DNA of 64,000 nt from an uncultured Candidatus Saccharibacteria bacterium (GTDB taxonomy: Bacteria > Patescibacteriota > Minisyncoccia > Phycocordibacterales > CAIZLB01), in assembly GCA_964520545.1 (NCBI GenBank), contig CAZFOD010000001.1:57969-121968 (forward strand), written 5' to 3'. A program made the translations under genes and the position numbers. The notes beneath the pieces are model-generated. The model ran no database searches and was not told where the DNA came from. It was given only the letters and a program-made list of their open reading frames with translations. This document shows, piece by piece, positions 1-8,605 of this stretch (its first letter is position 1; each line of letters begins with the position of its first letter).

Positions 1-401
1 CCCCATGATCCCCCTTCTCAAGCGGTGCGTCGCTGGGAGAAGGGGGATAAAATCCCCTTAGTCATTTTTGTCCGAATGTAACTCGTATTCCAGCGCCTGG
101 CCAGCGTAAAGGAGCGAGTGAGGACTGCAGACTGAGGATACTTCGAACCATCACTATTGATAATTCAAATCCGCGATCGCTTGCGATCGTAAATTGGAAT
201 GAAGGTTTGCGGAGCGTGTCTCTCCGTTTCACCTCACGATTCAGTAAGGCTGCATAGCATGACCTATGCCCACCTGCTGAAAAGTGAAAGAAGAATGTTG
301 TGCCAACTACATTCATGTCGCGAGGGACGCACCCCCTCTGCGGAAAGCCATTTAGTTCTTTCGAAAAATATATATGGAGTATGAGTTTACAAAACCCTGC
401 T

Positions 402-460
402 CCGTACTGTCCGAGAATGTAGTTCTCGCTGATGAGCTCAAAAGAGCGAAACAGAATGTT
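402..460 (+). ncRNA. Hammerhead ribozyme (type III), copy 1. Stem I hairpin cgagaa-UGUAG-ttctcg (412-428), core CUGAUGA (429-435), stem II gctc-AAAA-gagc (436-447), GAAA (448-451). Stem III is 402-410 paired with 452-458. GUC cleavage triplet 409-411, predicted cut after C411
   Basis: All 11 invariant core nucleotides are present in the correct order and spacing (CUGAUGA...GAAA). A G10.1-C11.1 pair closes stem II. U410 can pair with A451, and the canonical GUC^ cleavage site is present. The stems covary with copy 2. Confidence 0.8.
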
Positions 461-484
461 CTTAAAAAGTAAGTTGTTTGGTTC

Positions 485-757
485 GTGCAATATGTCTGCA
501 ATTATTTGTCGATATATTGCATGAACCAAGTACTTCGTTTCTTGTTCGGCTCCCCGCAACGGGTCCTCACCACTGGAATCATAGGGTTCGTGGTGTGGGG
601 GATGGTAGACCCACGGTCGGTGAGCTTGCTCATCGCACTATGCTGGAATAATTTCTGGGAGGCTTTCGGGCCACTGTTCCAGATCTTGTTGCAACTCTTC
701 ATCGTGTGTGGAGTGATTTGGCTCTTTGTAAAAAGCCTTTTCAAGAAAACAAAATAG
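485..757 (+). CDS. Hypothetical small hydrophobic protein (90 aa, 2-3 predicted TM helices) encoded inside the ribozyme-bounded fragment. No recognisable RBS
   Basis: ORF track only. The translation is hydrophobic and Trp-rich. No SD-like sequence lies upstream, so this may be non-coding RNA instead. Confidence 0.25.
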   Translation: MQYVCNYLSIYCMNQVLRFLFGSPQRVLTTGIIGFVVWGMVDPRSVSLLIALCWNNFWEAFGPLFQILLQLFIVCGVIWLFVKSLFKKTK

Positions 758-882
758 AAGCTTACAACTTCCAGGTAGAAAAAAACTTCCTGCAACCAAA
801 CCAAATTGATTCGGCTTCGCACTGGCGGATCGCTTGTGCGGGTAGCGTGGCCACTCGGTCGACGCTTTGAACAGTCACTCGA

Positions 883-944
883 CTGTTCTCCTCTCGGAGT
901 GTAGCTCCGACTGATGAGTCCAAAAGGACGAAAGGAAAAAGCGG
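883..944 (+). ncRNA. Hammerhead ribozyme (type III), copy 2. Stem I tcggag-UGUAG-ctccga (894-910), core CUGAUGA (911-917), stem II gtcc-AAAA-ggac (918-929), GAAA (930-933). Stem III is 885-892 paired with 933-941 (imperfect). CUC triplet, predicted cut after C893
   Basis: Same invariant core as copy 1. Stems I and II carry different sequences from copy 1, but every change is compensatory (cgagaa/ttctcg versus tcggag/ctccga; gctc/gagc versus gtcc/ggac). Loops UGUAG and AAAA are identical in both copies. Confidence 0.8.
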
Positions 945-1071
945 CAAATATATTTTCTTAAAAGTACTCACAAGGCCCCAATTTTACGTGCATAGAACAT
1001 TGACAAATCAATAATCATGTGCTAGGTTTCGATCAGGAATTTCAACCAAAACACAAGCTTTTTGACAATCT

Positions 1072-1365
1072 ATGAAAGACTACTACGCCACCCTAGGTGT
1101 TTCCCGACAGGCGTCAATTAATGATATCCGGAAGGCCTTTTGGGGCATCTCCCGGGAACATCATCCTGACGTTGCAAAAGACAAAGCGACTTCCGAAGAA
1201 AAATTCAAGGAAGCAAACGAAGCCAACGCAATACTTAGCGATCCGGAGAGACGTAGGGAATATGATGAGGCGCTCAGTAAAGCACTCATCACTGACTTAC
1301 CTTCTTCGGTCGCTCAAGTTGTCGGAGAATACTTCCGGCAATTCCATCCCGAAAACACAAAATGA
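1072..1365 (+). CDS. J-domain (DnaJ N-terminal domain) protein, 97 aa, with HPD motif
   Basis: KDYYATLGV...IRKAF..ISREHHPD...KFKEANEAYAILSDPERRREYD is a canonical J-domain with the HPD tripeptide. Local GC is higher than the genome background. Confidence 0.75.
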   Translation: MKDYYATLGVSRQASINDIRKAFWGISREHHPDVAKDKATSEEKFKEANEANAILSDPERRREYDEALSKALITDLPSSVAQVVGEYFRQFHPENTK

Positions 1366-1778
1366 CCCAAACAAAACTTAAAGAGCAACTCGCAGAATTG
1401 ATCCAGCTCGTCGATGCCTTTTTCAAGCGCGACACCGTGATCAGAGCTCGAGCTAGCTTCAACAGCCACCGTGCAGAAGTCCTCAAGCAAATCCCCGAAA
1501 TGGGTGAACTGCTCAGGGAATATCCTGCATATGGAGCTATCGCATTCCTGGGAAGATTCAAATTCACAGAGTGTGCCGAAGTCGATTCGCTCGCGAAGGA
1601 GAGCAGTGCACAATTACTGCAAACTATTCGCGACAAAAAGGTTGTTCAGTTGGAAGAAACTGCTCGGCCTGCCTGGTCCTTTCTCCTAGAGAGTGACATG
1701 GAAGCGTCCTGCGCTATCCTTGCTCTTTGCTTTATGGCAAGAAAGAACGCCAAGATTAAACAGGCACTTGTTGCCTAA
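1362..1778 (+). CDS. Hypothetical protein (138 aa), translationally coupled to the J-domain gene through an ATGA overlap
   Basis: ORF in a high-GC island with the start overlapping the upstream stop. No recognisable motif. Confidence 0.5.
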   Translation: MTQTKLKEQLAELIQLVDAFFKRDTVIRARASFNSHRAEVLKQIPEMGELLREYPAYGAIAFLGRFKFTECAEVDSLAKESSAQLLQTIRDKKVVQLEETARPAWSFLLESDMEASCAILALCFMARKNAKIKQALVA

Positions 1779-1804
1779 ACCACAAAACCAACCCAACAGA
1801 AATT

Positions 1805-2524
1805 ATGATCCAAATCGATGCTCTCGCAATCCGCGCGGCAGTAAACAGCGGCGACCTTCGGGCCGCCGAACACCAACTCGCCCTCATCGGCGATACGGTA
1901 GGTGATGATCAGCTCGCGCTGGTCGTAAAAGACCTCACTCCTGGCGAGGTAATGACCCTCGTCGGCGAAGGTGACTACTCGAAACCTTCGTTAGTCGTAC
2001 ACTTCATCTCCGCGGAGCAATTCCTCGGGGCTCTTGTACGCATTGGAGCAAAGTGGGGAAGAATCGGGGATAAGGACGATTACGGTCGCTTCCTCGGTGA
2101 ACTCACAGATCTTTTCCTTTCTGTTTTGCTCGTCATCGAGCCGCAGAAACGGAGGGAGCTACTGACCGCACTCATCGAGCACACCCTCGGTATGCGTTCG
2201 CTCATTTGTGTTGCGATCAGCGTCAAGGAGTACCTCCTGGACTATGATTCGCGCGCAGCTGAGCACGGCACCGTCGGCGAGTTGATGACATTTCTTGAGG
2301 ATGTTGATTACGACGCGTTCGTGACTATCCAAAAGAAGATTGCTTCGATGTGCCTCGAAAATGCTGAAGTGCATCTCGCCGAAGAAGGCGAAGAGTCAAT
2401 CAGCGAAAAACGGTGCCGTTGGTATCAGCGCCGTACATTGAACGCCCTTGTCGATGCCGCCATGAGGCTGGTCGAAAGCAAGCAACCCGAAGCTCCAAAA
2501 GACGAAATCTTCGGAGACGTTTAG
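1805..2524 (+). CDS. Hypothetical protein (239 aa), acidic
   Basis: ORF with protein-like composition in the high-GC island. No recognisable motif. Confidence 0.5.
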   Translation: MIQIDALAIRAAVNSGDLRAAEHQLALIGDTVGDDQLALVVKDLTPGEVMTLVGEGDYSKPSLVVHFISAEQFLGALVRIGAKWGRIGDKDDYGRFLGELTDLFLSVLLVIEPQKRRELLTALIEHTLGMRSLICVAISVKEYLLDYDSRAAEHGTVGELMTFLEDVDYDAFVTIQKKIASMCLENAEVHLAEEGEESISEKRCRWYQRRTLNALVDAAMRLVESKQPEAPKDEIFGDV

Positions 2525-2579
2525 CCAACCGAAACCCGCCCCGGCCGTTGAAAACACGGCCGGGGCATATCTTTACGAA

Positions 2580-3515
2580 ATGGAAACAACATTAGCAGTT
2601 ATCGAAGATCGTCATCCGATCACTGTGGCGATAGCTTGGGCTATTAAGCTTGAGTTGGTCACACCAGCTGGTGAGCAAACACTCATTGCGGATATGCAAG
2701 AGACGGTAACGGAGGCGACGAAGAAATTTGTCAATTTCGTCAATGTTGAATCGGTGCGTCAAGCACTCGATATCACCTTGGGTGTTCTCAGTTTGCCAGT
2801 CGCTCACTCGACGGGTGGAAAAATTAACCCTGAGGCGTGGGCGCAATACTTGCACGGTCGTAGCCTAAAAAAATTGGTTGCGGAAGCGCTCGCGCTGGTT
2901 AAGCCCATTGCGAATGCCCCGTTCGAGGCACAGTTCGAGGAATTCATCCCCGAAGAAGGGGCGTTAAGGAAGACCCTCATAGGGTATGCAACAGCTCGTG
3001 ATAAGAGTAGGAAAAACGTTTGGGCTGGATATGTGGATTTCTCCAGGGATCTTCACAGACAACAAGTTGGCGAGAAACGAAAAGAACTCGCTGACTGGCT
3101 CACTCGTGAATTGTTGAATTGTAGTTCTGAACATTGGTTCAGAGCTCAAATCCGAAAAGCTGGGAACAGTGATAACCCACCTAGCGTTCACGAGACAATC
3201 AACACGCTGATCCTACGGCACTGCTGCGGGTTATCAGTTAGTGGGAAGATCGAAGTGAAGAAGATGCAGTTCGAATGGTTACGAGAAGCTTTTGAAGCAG
3301 ACAAAGCCGTTTGGGTCGCGAAAGTTCGTCTGAAATATGACGCACTTTTCACTCGGATTCCAAAAGAACTCCGACAGTATCTTCTGCACACAGGTGGTGA
3401 CAAGTGGTTCAGTATCTACCTTTCTAAGGGTCCTCCCAAGGTCCCGAAGAAGTGGAACGATGCTGAATTACCGGGAATTACCGGTGTCTTCAGCTTCGAA
3501 ATGTTTGAGGATTAG
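2580..3515 (+). CDS. Hypothetical protein (311 aa)
   Basis: Long ORF in the high-GC island followed by an intrinsic terminator. No recognisable motif. Confidence 0.55.
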   Translation: METTLAVIEDRHPITVAIAWAIKLELVTPAGEQTLIADMQETVTEATKKFVNFVNVESVRQALDITLGVLSLPVAHSTGGKINPEAWAQYLHGRSLKKLVAEALALVKPIANAPFEAQFEEFIPEEGALRKTLIGYATARDKSRKNVWAGYVDFSRDLHRQQVGEKRKELADWLTRELLNCSSEHWFRAQIRKAGNSDNPPSVHETINTLILRHCCGLSVSGKIEVKKMQFEWLREAFEADKAVWVAKVRLKYDALFTRIPKELRQYLLHTGGDKWFSIYLSKGPPKVPKKWNDAELPGITGVFSFEMFED

Positions 3516-3530
3516 CATCCCTTATAACCA

Positions 3531-3566
3531 AAGCGCCGCCCGGCATGACCTGGCGGCGCTTTTTAC
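3531..3566. terminator. Rho-independent terminator, bidirectional (stem gcgccgcc/ggcggcgc plus T-run). Closes the island operon (+) and tig (-)
   Basis: 8-bp GC stem and 11-nt loop, followed by TTTTT on the + strand and a U-rich tract on the - strand. Confidence 0.7.
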
Positions 3567-3582
3567 TTTCCGATATTTTAAA

Positions 3583-4626
3583 TTATTTCTCTAACACCTC
3601 CCAAGCTTTTTCATTCAAGATCATAGTCTCGACATATATTGTTGCTCGCATCTTGTCCGCATCCTTATACATCTTCATGATTTGCTCTACTTCTTTGTTT
3701 ACTTCATCAGCAGGAGCTTCAAGCTTTTCTGCAATCGCAATCTGATTGAGAATGAGTTGTGTCTTTGCTCTTTTTTCAGCATCAGCAGTCCATTCTTCTC
3801 TCAACTGTTCAATTGTCTTGTTTGCGTGTCGAAGATAGCTTTCAATATCGAGTCCCATCTGTGCAACGTTAGAACCAAGTTCACTAATCATCTTGTTGAG
3901 TTCTGATTCTACAAGCATTTTAGGCATCTTGATTTCTGACTTCTCAATGATCGCTTCCATCGCTTTGAGTCGTTTGATATCTCGAGCCTTGTGTTCTTTT
4001 TCTGCTTTGATGCTTTCTGTAATTTTTGCTTTGAATGCATCAATGTTTTCGAATGCACCAAACTTCTTGATGAAATCATCATTCACCTCAGGAAGGGGAA
4101 GATCTCCGTGATCATGTGAGTGATCAGTTGGGTTTGCAATGTGATGATCGTTATGAGCAACTTGCTTTCGAAGTCCGTCGATTGTTTCTTCAACTTCTTT
4201 GTCAGTAACCTCAAGTGTTTCTTTAACTGACATGATTTCCTTAGCAACTTTTTTGTAGTCAGGAAGTTTCACTTCCGGCATGACAGCTGTTTTAATTTTG
4301 AAACCAAAAGCTTCGCCAGGAGCAACCTTTGTGATTGTCACTGCAGGTGATCCAAGAGGGGAGATCTTTGCATCCGTAACTATATCTCCATAGTGTTTTT
4401 CAAGAGCGAGTCGTCCTGCTTCTTCAAGAATCGCTACTTCTCCGAATCGATCGACAATTACTTTCTCTGGAATATGTCCTGGGCGAAAACCATCCATCTT
4501 TACACCACTTGAAATGTTTTTTAGAGCTTCTTCTCTAAAACCTTTTACAATATCTGAAGGAATTTCTCCTTCGATTTCATATTCACTTTCAGGAAGTGCT
4601 CCTTTTTTTATGATTGAGAATGACAT
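3583..4626 (-). CDS. tig: Trigger factor (ribosome-associated peptidyl-prolyl isomerase chaperone)
   Basis: 347 aa. The N-terminal ribosome-binding region and domain order are typical of trigger factor, and the gene is adjacent to ppa. Confidence 0.7.
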   Translation of the reverse strand: MSFSIIKKGALPESEYEIEGEIPSDIVKGFREEALKNISSGVKMDGFRPGHIPEKVIVDRFGEVAILEEAGRLALEKHYGDIVTDAKISPLGSPAVTITKVAPGEAFGFKIKTAVMPEVKLPDYKKVAKEIMSVKETLEVTDKEVEETIDGLRKQVAHNDHHIANPTDHSHDHGDLPLPEVNDDFIKKFGAFENIDAFKAKITESIKAEKEHKARDIKRLKAMEAIIEKSEIKMPKMLVESELNKMISELGSNVAQMGLDIESYLRHANKTIEQLREEWTADAEKRAKTQLILNQIAIAEKLEAPADEVNKEVEQIMKMYKDADKMRATIYVETMILNEKAWEVLEK

Positions 4627-4628
4627 TG

Positions 4629-5153
4629 TTATTTATTGAACTTAGCTTTGTATGCTGATACCGACTTGTCGAATGCTGCTCGCGCTGCCGCTGCATCTTT
4701 GAATCCATGAGTTTCTACAACTTTGTTTTGAAGCTTTTTGTAAGTAAGGAAGAAGTGGTCGATTTCTTTGAGAGTGTGAGGGTTTACATCAGCAAGATCT
4801 TTCACATTGTCCCATCGAGGATCTTCTTCAGGTACAGCGATGACCTTTGCATCTGAATCACCACCGTCTACCATATCGAGTACAGCAACAGGTCGAACAC
4901 GTACCATTATTCCAGGAACAAGCGGGTATGTTGTAAGTACAACTACATCCAACGGATCACCGTCTTCCCAGAGTGTCTGTGGAACGAATCCATAGTCAAA
5001 AGGATAGTCTTGTGAAGTATGGAGAACACGATCAAGTGCTATGAGACCAGTTTTTTTGTCGATCTCATATTTATTTTTTGATCCCTTATTGATCTCGATG
5101 ATTGTGTTGATGCTTTCCGATGTTCCTGATTCTATATCATGCCAAAGGTTCAT
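4629..5153 (-). CDS. ppa: Inorganic pyrophosphatase, family I. Start trimmed to MNLWHDIE
   Basis: YEIDKKTG, DGDPLDVVVL, and a D(x)DxK-like acidic cluster match family I PPase. The track ORF has a 30-codon basic extension overlapping nusA, so the internal ATG at 5151-5153 is preferred. Confidence 0.8.
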   Translation of the reverse strand: MNLWHDIESGTSESINTIIEINKGSKNKYEIDKKTGLIALDRVLHTSQDYPFDYGFVPQTLWEDGDPLDVVVLTTYPLVPGIMVRVRPVAVLDMVDGGDSDAKVIAVPEEDPRWDNVKDLADVNPHTLKEIDHFFLTYKKLQNKVVETHGFKDAAAARAAFDKSVSAYKAKFNK

Positions 5154-5178
5154 ATGTTTTTTATGTTTATCTTTTAAT

Positions 5179-6414
5179 TTAAGCAGATGCTTCTTCTGTT
5201 GTAACCTCTTCCTTTGTGTCAGCTGTCTCAAGAGTTTCAATTCTTTCTTCAGGTTTTACATCAGCATTTATCTCATCAACTTCTCCAGAGTCGGCGACAA
5301 CACCTTTCACTGATTGGATATCAATTCTCCAGCCTGTAAGTTTAGCTGCAAGTCGAACATTCTGTCCTCCCTTACCGATTGCGAGTGACTGCTGATCTTC
5401 TGCAACCTCAACAACCGCAGTCTTTTCTGTTTCGTTAAGTTTAATATCAATGACTTTTGCAGGAGAAAGAGATTCTTTGATGAATTCTGCTGCATCTTCT
5501 GACCATTCGATGATATCAATTTTCTCACCACCGAGTTCACTTGTTACTGTGTTTACTCGAACACCACGCTGTCCAACCATTGATCCTACTGGATCAATGT
5601 GAGAATCAGCAGCAAATACAGCAATCTTAGATCGAGCACCAGCTTCACGTGCAATCGCTTTTACTTCAACAGCACCAGAAACAATTTCTGGAACTTCAAT
5701 CTTGAAAAGTTCTGAGAGGAACTTTGGGTGTGAGCGTGATAGTCGAAGGAAAATACCTCGAGGTGTTTCTTCTACACGCATGAGGTACATTCGAAGTCTT
5801 TCACCTTGTCGGTAGTGTTCACCAGGGATTTGTTCTTCATATGGGAGCATTCCAGTAGCTCGGCCCATGTCGATGAAGACATTTCCTCGCTCTTGTCGCT
5901 GTACTGTTCCTGAAATGATTTCTCCTTCTCGCTTTCCGAATTCACCAAGGACAGAAACCTTTTCAGCTTCTCGAATCTTCTGGATGATGACCTGCTTTGC
6001 AGTTTGTGCGGCGATTCGGCCGTAATCTTCCTTTTCTTCAAGAGGAAAGACCATTTCTTCGGCAACCTGAACGTCTTTTTTGATCTTTCGAGCGTTATCA
6101 ATGAGGATATGTCGCTCTTCGTTGAAGAATACCTTCTCGTCAGTAGTTGGTTCTGCTCCTTCTACAGGGGTAGGGAGTTCACTCTCATCAAAAACTACCT
6201 GATCTGGGTCCACAACGATCTTTACCTGGTAAAAATCAGCCTTACCTGTATTTATATCGAATTTAGCCCGTACAAACTGGTCGCGTCGGCCCCATTCCTT
6301 CTTGTATGCAGTAGCTAGAGCCATTTCAATTGCCTCAAGAATCTTTTCACGAGGAATACCCCGCTCTTCTTCAAGCTGATCTAATACTGAGTGAATTACT
6401 TTAAGATCTATCAT
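5179..6414 (-). CDS. nusA: Transcription termination/antitermination factor NusA (S1 plus KH domains, acidic C-terminal tail)
   Basis: The N-terminal MIDLKVIHSVLDQLEEERGIP and the S1/KH region architecture match NusA. 411 aa. Confidence 0.85.
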   Translation of the reverse strand: MIDLKVIHSVLDQLEEERGIPREKILEAIEMALATAYKKEWGRRDQFVRAKFDINTGKADFYQVKIVVDPDQVVFDESELPTPVEGAEPTTDEKVFFNEERHILIDNARKIKKDVQVAEEMVFPLEEKEDYGRIAAQTAKQVIIQKIREAEKVSVLGEFGKREGEIISGTVQRQERGNVFIDMGRATGMLPYEEQIPGEHYRQGERLRMYLMRVEETPRGIFLRLSRSHPKFLSELFKIEVPEIVSGAVEVKAIAREAGARSKIAVFAADSHIDPVGSMVGQRGVRVNTVTSELGGEKIDIIEWSEDAAEFIKESLSPAKVIDIKLNETEKTAVVEVAEDQQSLAIGKGGQNVRLAAKLTGWRIDIQSVKGVVADSGEVDEINADVKPEERIETLETADTKEEVTTEEASA

Positions 6415-6778
6415 ATATTTGGTTGTTATTTAATTGTATCTATCTATATTCTTAGCCATCTTATGGCTCAATAGAGCCTTTTCTGGCAAAAAATTAAGCC
6501 CGCCGGGAGGCGAACTTCTGATGTACACATTATATATGTATATGGGGAATTGTCAACGGATTATATCGTTGGAAAAGTAAGGTTTGATACCAATGGTTTG
6601 TAACAGTAAGTTACCTTTCTGGGTTATCGGTTGTTTGGGTAATTCTACGGGATTTCAACAGCAATGTTTAAAGAATCTTTCTACCATTTGAGATGTTTAT
6701 CTTTTTAAATTTAAAATAGTAATTTAAAAAAGTGAAATAAAGTTTTATACACTCATATGTAAGGCTTTACTGTAAAAA

Positions 6779-6791
6779 CTTTGGTATAATT
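6779..6791 (+). promoter_or_regulatory. Extended -10 promoter (TGgTATAAT) for the pilus operon, inside a 375-bp AT-rich divergent intergenic region (nusA to pilB)
   Basis: TTTGGTATAATTG, with TATAAT at 6785-6790 about 25 nt upstream of the pilB ATG. Confidence 0.45.
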
Positions 6792-6813
6792 GAAACACAA
6801 ACTGTTCTCAAAA

Positions 6814-8589
6814 ATGTTCATCGATCCTGTACAAATGAAGAAGTTGATATCTGACTCCGGCCTCGTGGCACCGGCTGATGTCATTGCTGCAGAAAAAGCA
6901 GTGAAGGAGGCGGAGGCGCAGAAGAAAAAGATGAATCTCGGTGAAGCTTTGATGATCGCGGGTAAAATCTCTGAGGATGACTATCGTCGCATGCAGGCAT
7001 ATCTGATGGCGATTCCATTCGTTGATCTCAAAACACAGAAACTTAGTTTCGATGTACTCGCTTTAATTCCTGAGCCGATTGCACGTAGTCATAACATTGT
7101 TGCAATAAAGAAAAAGGGGGACACGCTTGAAGTGGCGATGCTCGACTCTGATGATCTTTCAGCTATTGATTTCGTTAAAAAGAAGACGGGACTCAAAATA
7201 TTGCCTCGCATGACAAATACGGAGTCAATGAAGGCTGCGCTCATACAATATCAAAAGAGTCTTAAAGCTGATTTCGGAGATATCATTCAGCAGGAGGCAG
7301 CAACACTTAAAATGGTTGCTCAAGATGGAGCAGCTGCAGGTGAAGAAGCATCTGCAGACGATCTTAAGAAATTAGCGGAAGATCTTCCTGTTGTACGTAT
7401 TGTTGATACGTTGCTTAAGCATGCAGCTATTCAAGGTGCTTCAGATATTCACATCGAACAAACAGAGTTTGAAGTTGTGGTTCGATATCGTATCGATGGA
7501 ATATTGCGTGATGCTATGATCTTGCCGAAAAGTGCAGGTTCAAGTATTACAGCTCGTATCAAGGTGCTTTCAAACCTTAAGCTTGATGAGAAACGATTGC
7601 CTCAGGACGGAAGATTCCGTATTGAGCTTAATGATGAAAAGATTTCATTTCGAGTCTCTATATTACCAACATACTTTGGAGAGAAGACGGTTATGCGATT
7701 GTTGCGAGAGACTGTTTCAGGATTTTCACTTGAGAGCCTTGGTTTTCACGGACCTGCGCTAGATGTGGTGCATGAAGGAACAAATATGGCAGAAGGTCTC
7801 CTCCTCACAACAGGACCAACAGGTTCTGGTAAGACAACAACTTTGTATACAGTCCTCGATATATTGAACAAGCCAGATGTAAATATTTCTACCGTAGAGG
7901 ACCCTGTTGAATATCAGATGAAACGTGTTAATCAGACTCAGGTAAAACCTGAAATCGGATTTACTTTTGCTAATGGTCTTCGTTCTCTTTTGCGACAGGA
8001 TCCAGATGTGATTATGGTAGGAGAAATTCGAGACAATGAAACGGCATCTCTTGCCATTAATGCCGCTCTTACAGGTCACCTTGTGCTTTCAACACTCCAC
8101 ACCAATTCCGCAGCAGGTGCAATTCCTCGACTTATCGATATGAAGTGTGAGCCGTTTCTTTTGGTTTCAACACTCAAGGTCATCATCGCTCAGCGACTTG
8201 TTCGAAAACTTTCAAAAAACAAGGAAAAATATCTTTTAACTAAAGATGAGCTAGCCTCTATTGGAAAAAAGATTGATATGGAGCGTGTGCTTAAGTCTCT
8301 TAAGGATGAGAAGATTGTTGATCAAAAGATTGAGTGGAAGGACGTCCCTTTCTACAAACCAAAGCCAGACTCTGAATCAGAAGACGGATATCATGGACGA
8401 GTTGGTATTCATGAAGTACTTCGTATGAGTTCGGCTATTAAAGATCTAGTTATAAAAGGAGGTACGTCGGATGAGATTCAGGAGCAGGCAAGAAAGGAGG
8501 GAATGCTTACGATGATTGAAGATGGAATCTTTCAGGCTGTGCAGGGGCTGACATCGATAGAAGAAATTCTTCGTGTGGTTTCGGAATAG
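6814..8589 (+). CDS. pilB: Type IV pilus assembly ATPase PilB (GspE family). ATG at 6814; an alternative TTG at 6790 is used by the ORF track
   Basis: Walker A GPTGSGKTTT, a GspE N-terminal domain, and His-box motifs. Followed by pilC. Confidence 0.85.
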   Translation: MFIDPVQMKKLISDSGLVAPADVIAAEKAVKEAEAQKKKMNLGEALMIAGKISEDDYRRMQAYLMAIPFVDLKTQKLSFDVLALIPEPIARSHNIVAIKKKGDTLEVAMLDSDDLSAIDFVKKKTGLKILPRMTNTESMKAALIQYQKSLKADFGDIIQQEAATLKMVAQDGAAAGEEASADDLKKLAEDLPVVRIVDTLLKHAAIQGASDIHIEQTEFEVVVRYRIDGILRDAMILPKSAGSSITARIKVLSNLKLDEKRLPQDGRFRIELNDEKISFRVSILPTYFGEKTVMRLLRETVSGFSLESLGFHGPALDVVHEGTNMAEGLLLTTGPTGSGKTTTLYTVLDILNKPDVNISTVEDPVEYQMKRVNQTQVKPEIGFTFANGLRSLLRQDPDVIMVGEIRDNETASLAINAALTGHLVLSTLHTNSAAGAIPRLIDMKCEPFLLVSTLKVIIAQRLVRKLSKNKEKYLLTKDELASIGKKIDMERVLKSLKDEKIVDQKIEWKDVPFYKPKPDSESEDGYHGRVGIHEVLRMSSAIKDLVIKGGTSDEIQEQARKEGMLTMIEDGIFQAVQGLTSIEEILRVVSE

Positions 8590-8605
8590 ATTTAAGTATC
8601 ATTAG

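Noticed and set aside
62-559. 165-aa minus-strand ORF (and 502-822, 762-971 minus ORFs) across the hammerhead region
   Set aside because: Antisense to both ribozyme motifs. Composition not protein-like. No RBS. Treated as spurious.
4629-5240. ppa with a 30-codon basic N-terminal extension overlapping nusA
   Set aside because: The family-I PPase core starts at the internal Met (MNLWHDIE). The extension overlaps the nusA coding end on the same strand.
6790-6813. TTG start for pilB used by the ORF track (MKHKLFSK...)
   Set aside because: It would overlap the extended -10 promoter (TATAAT at 6785-6790). The ATG at 6814 with the MFIDPVQ N-terminus is more plausible.
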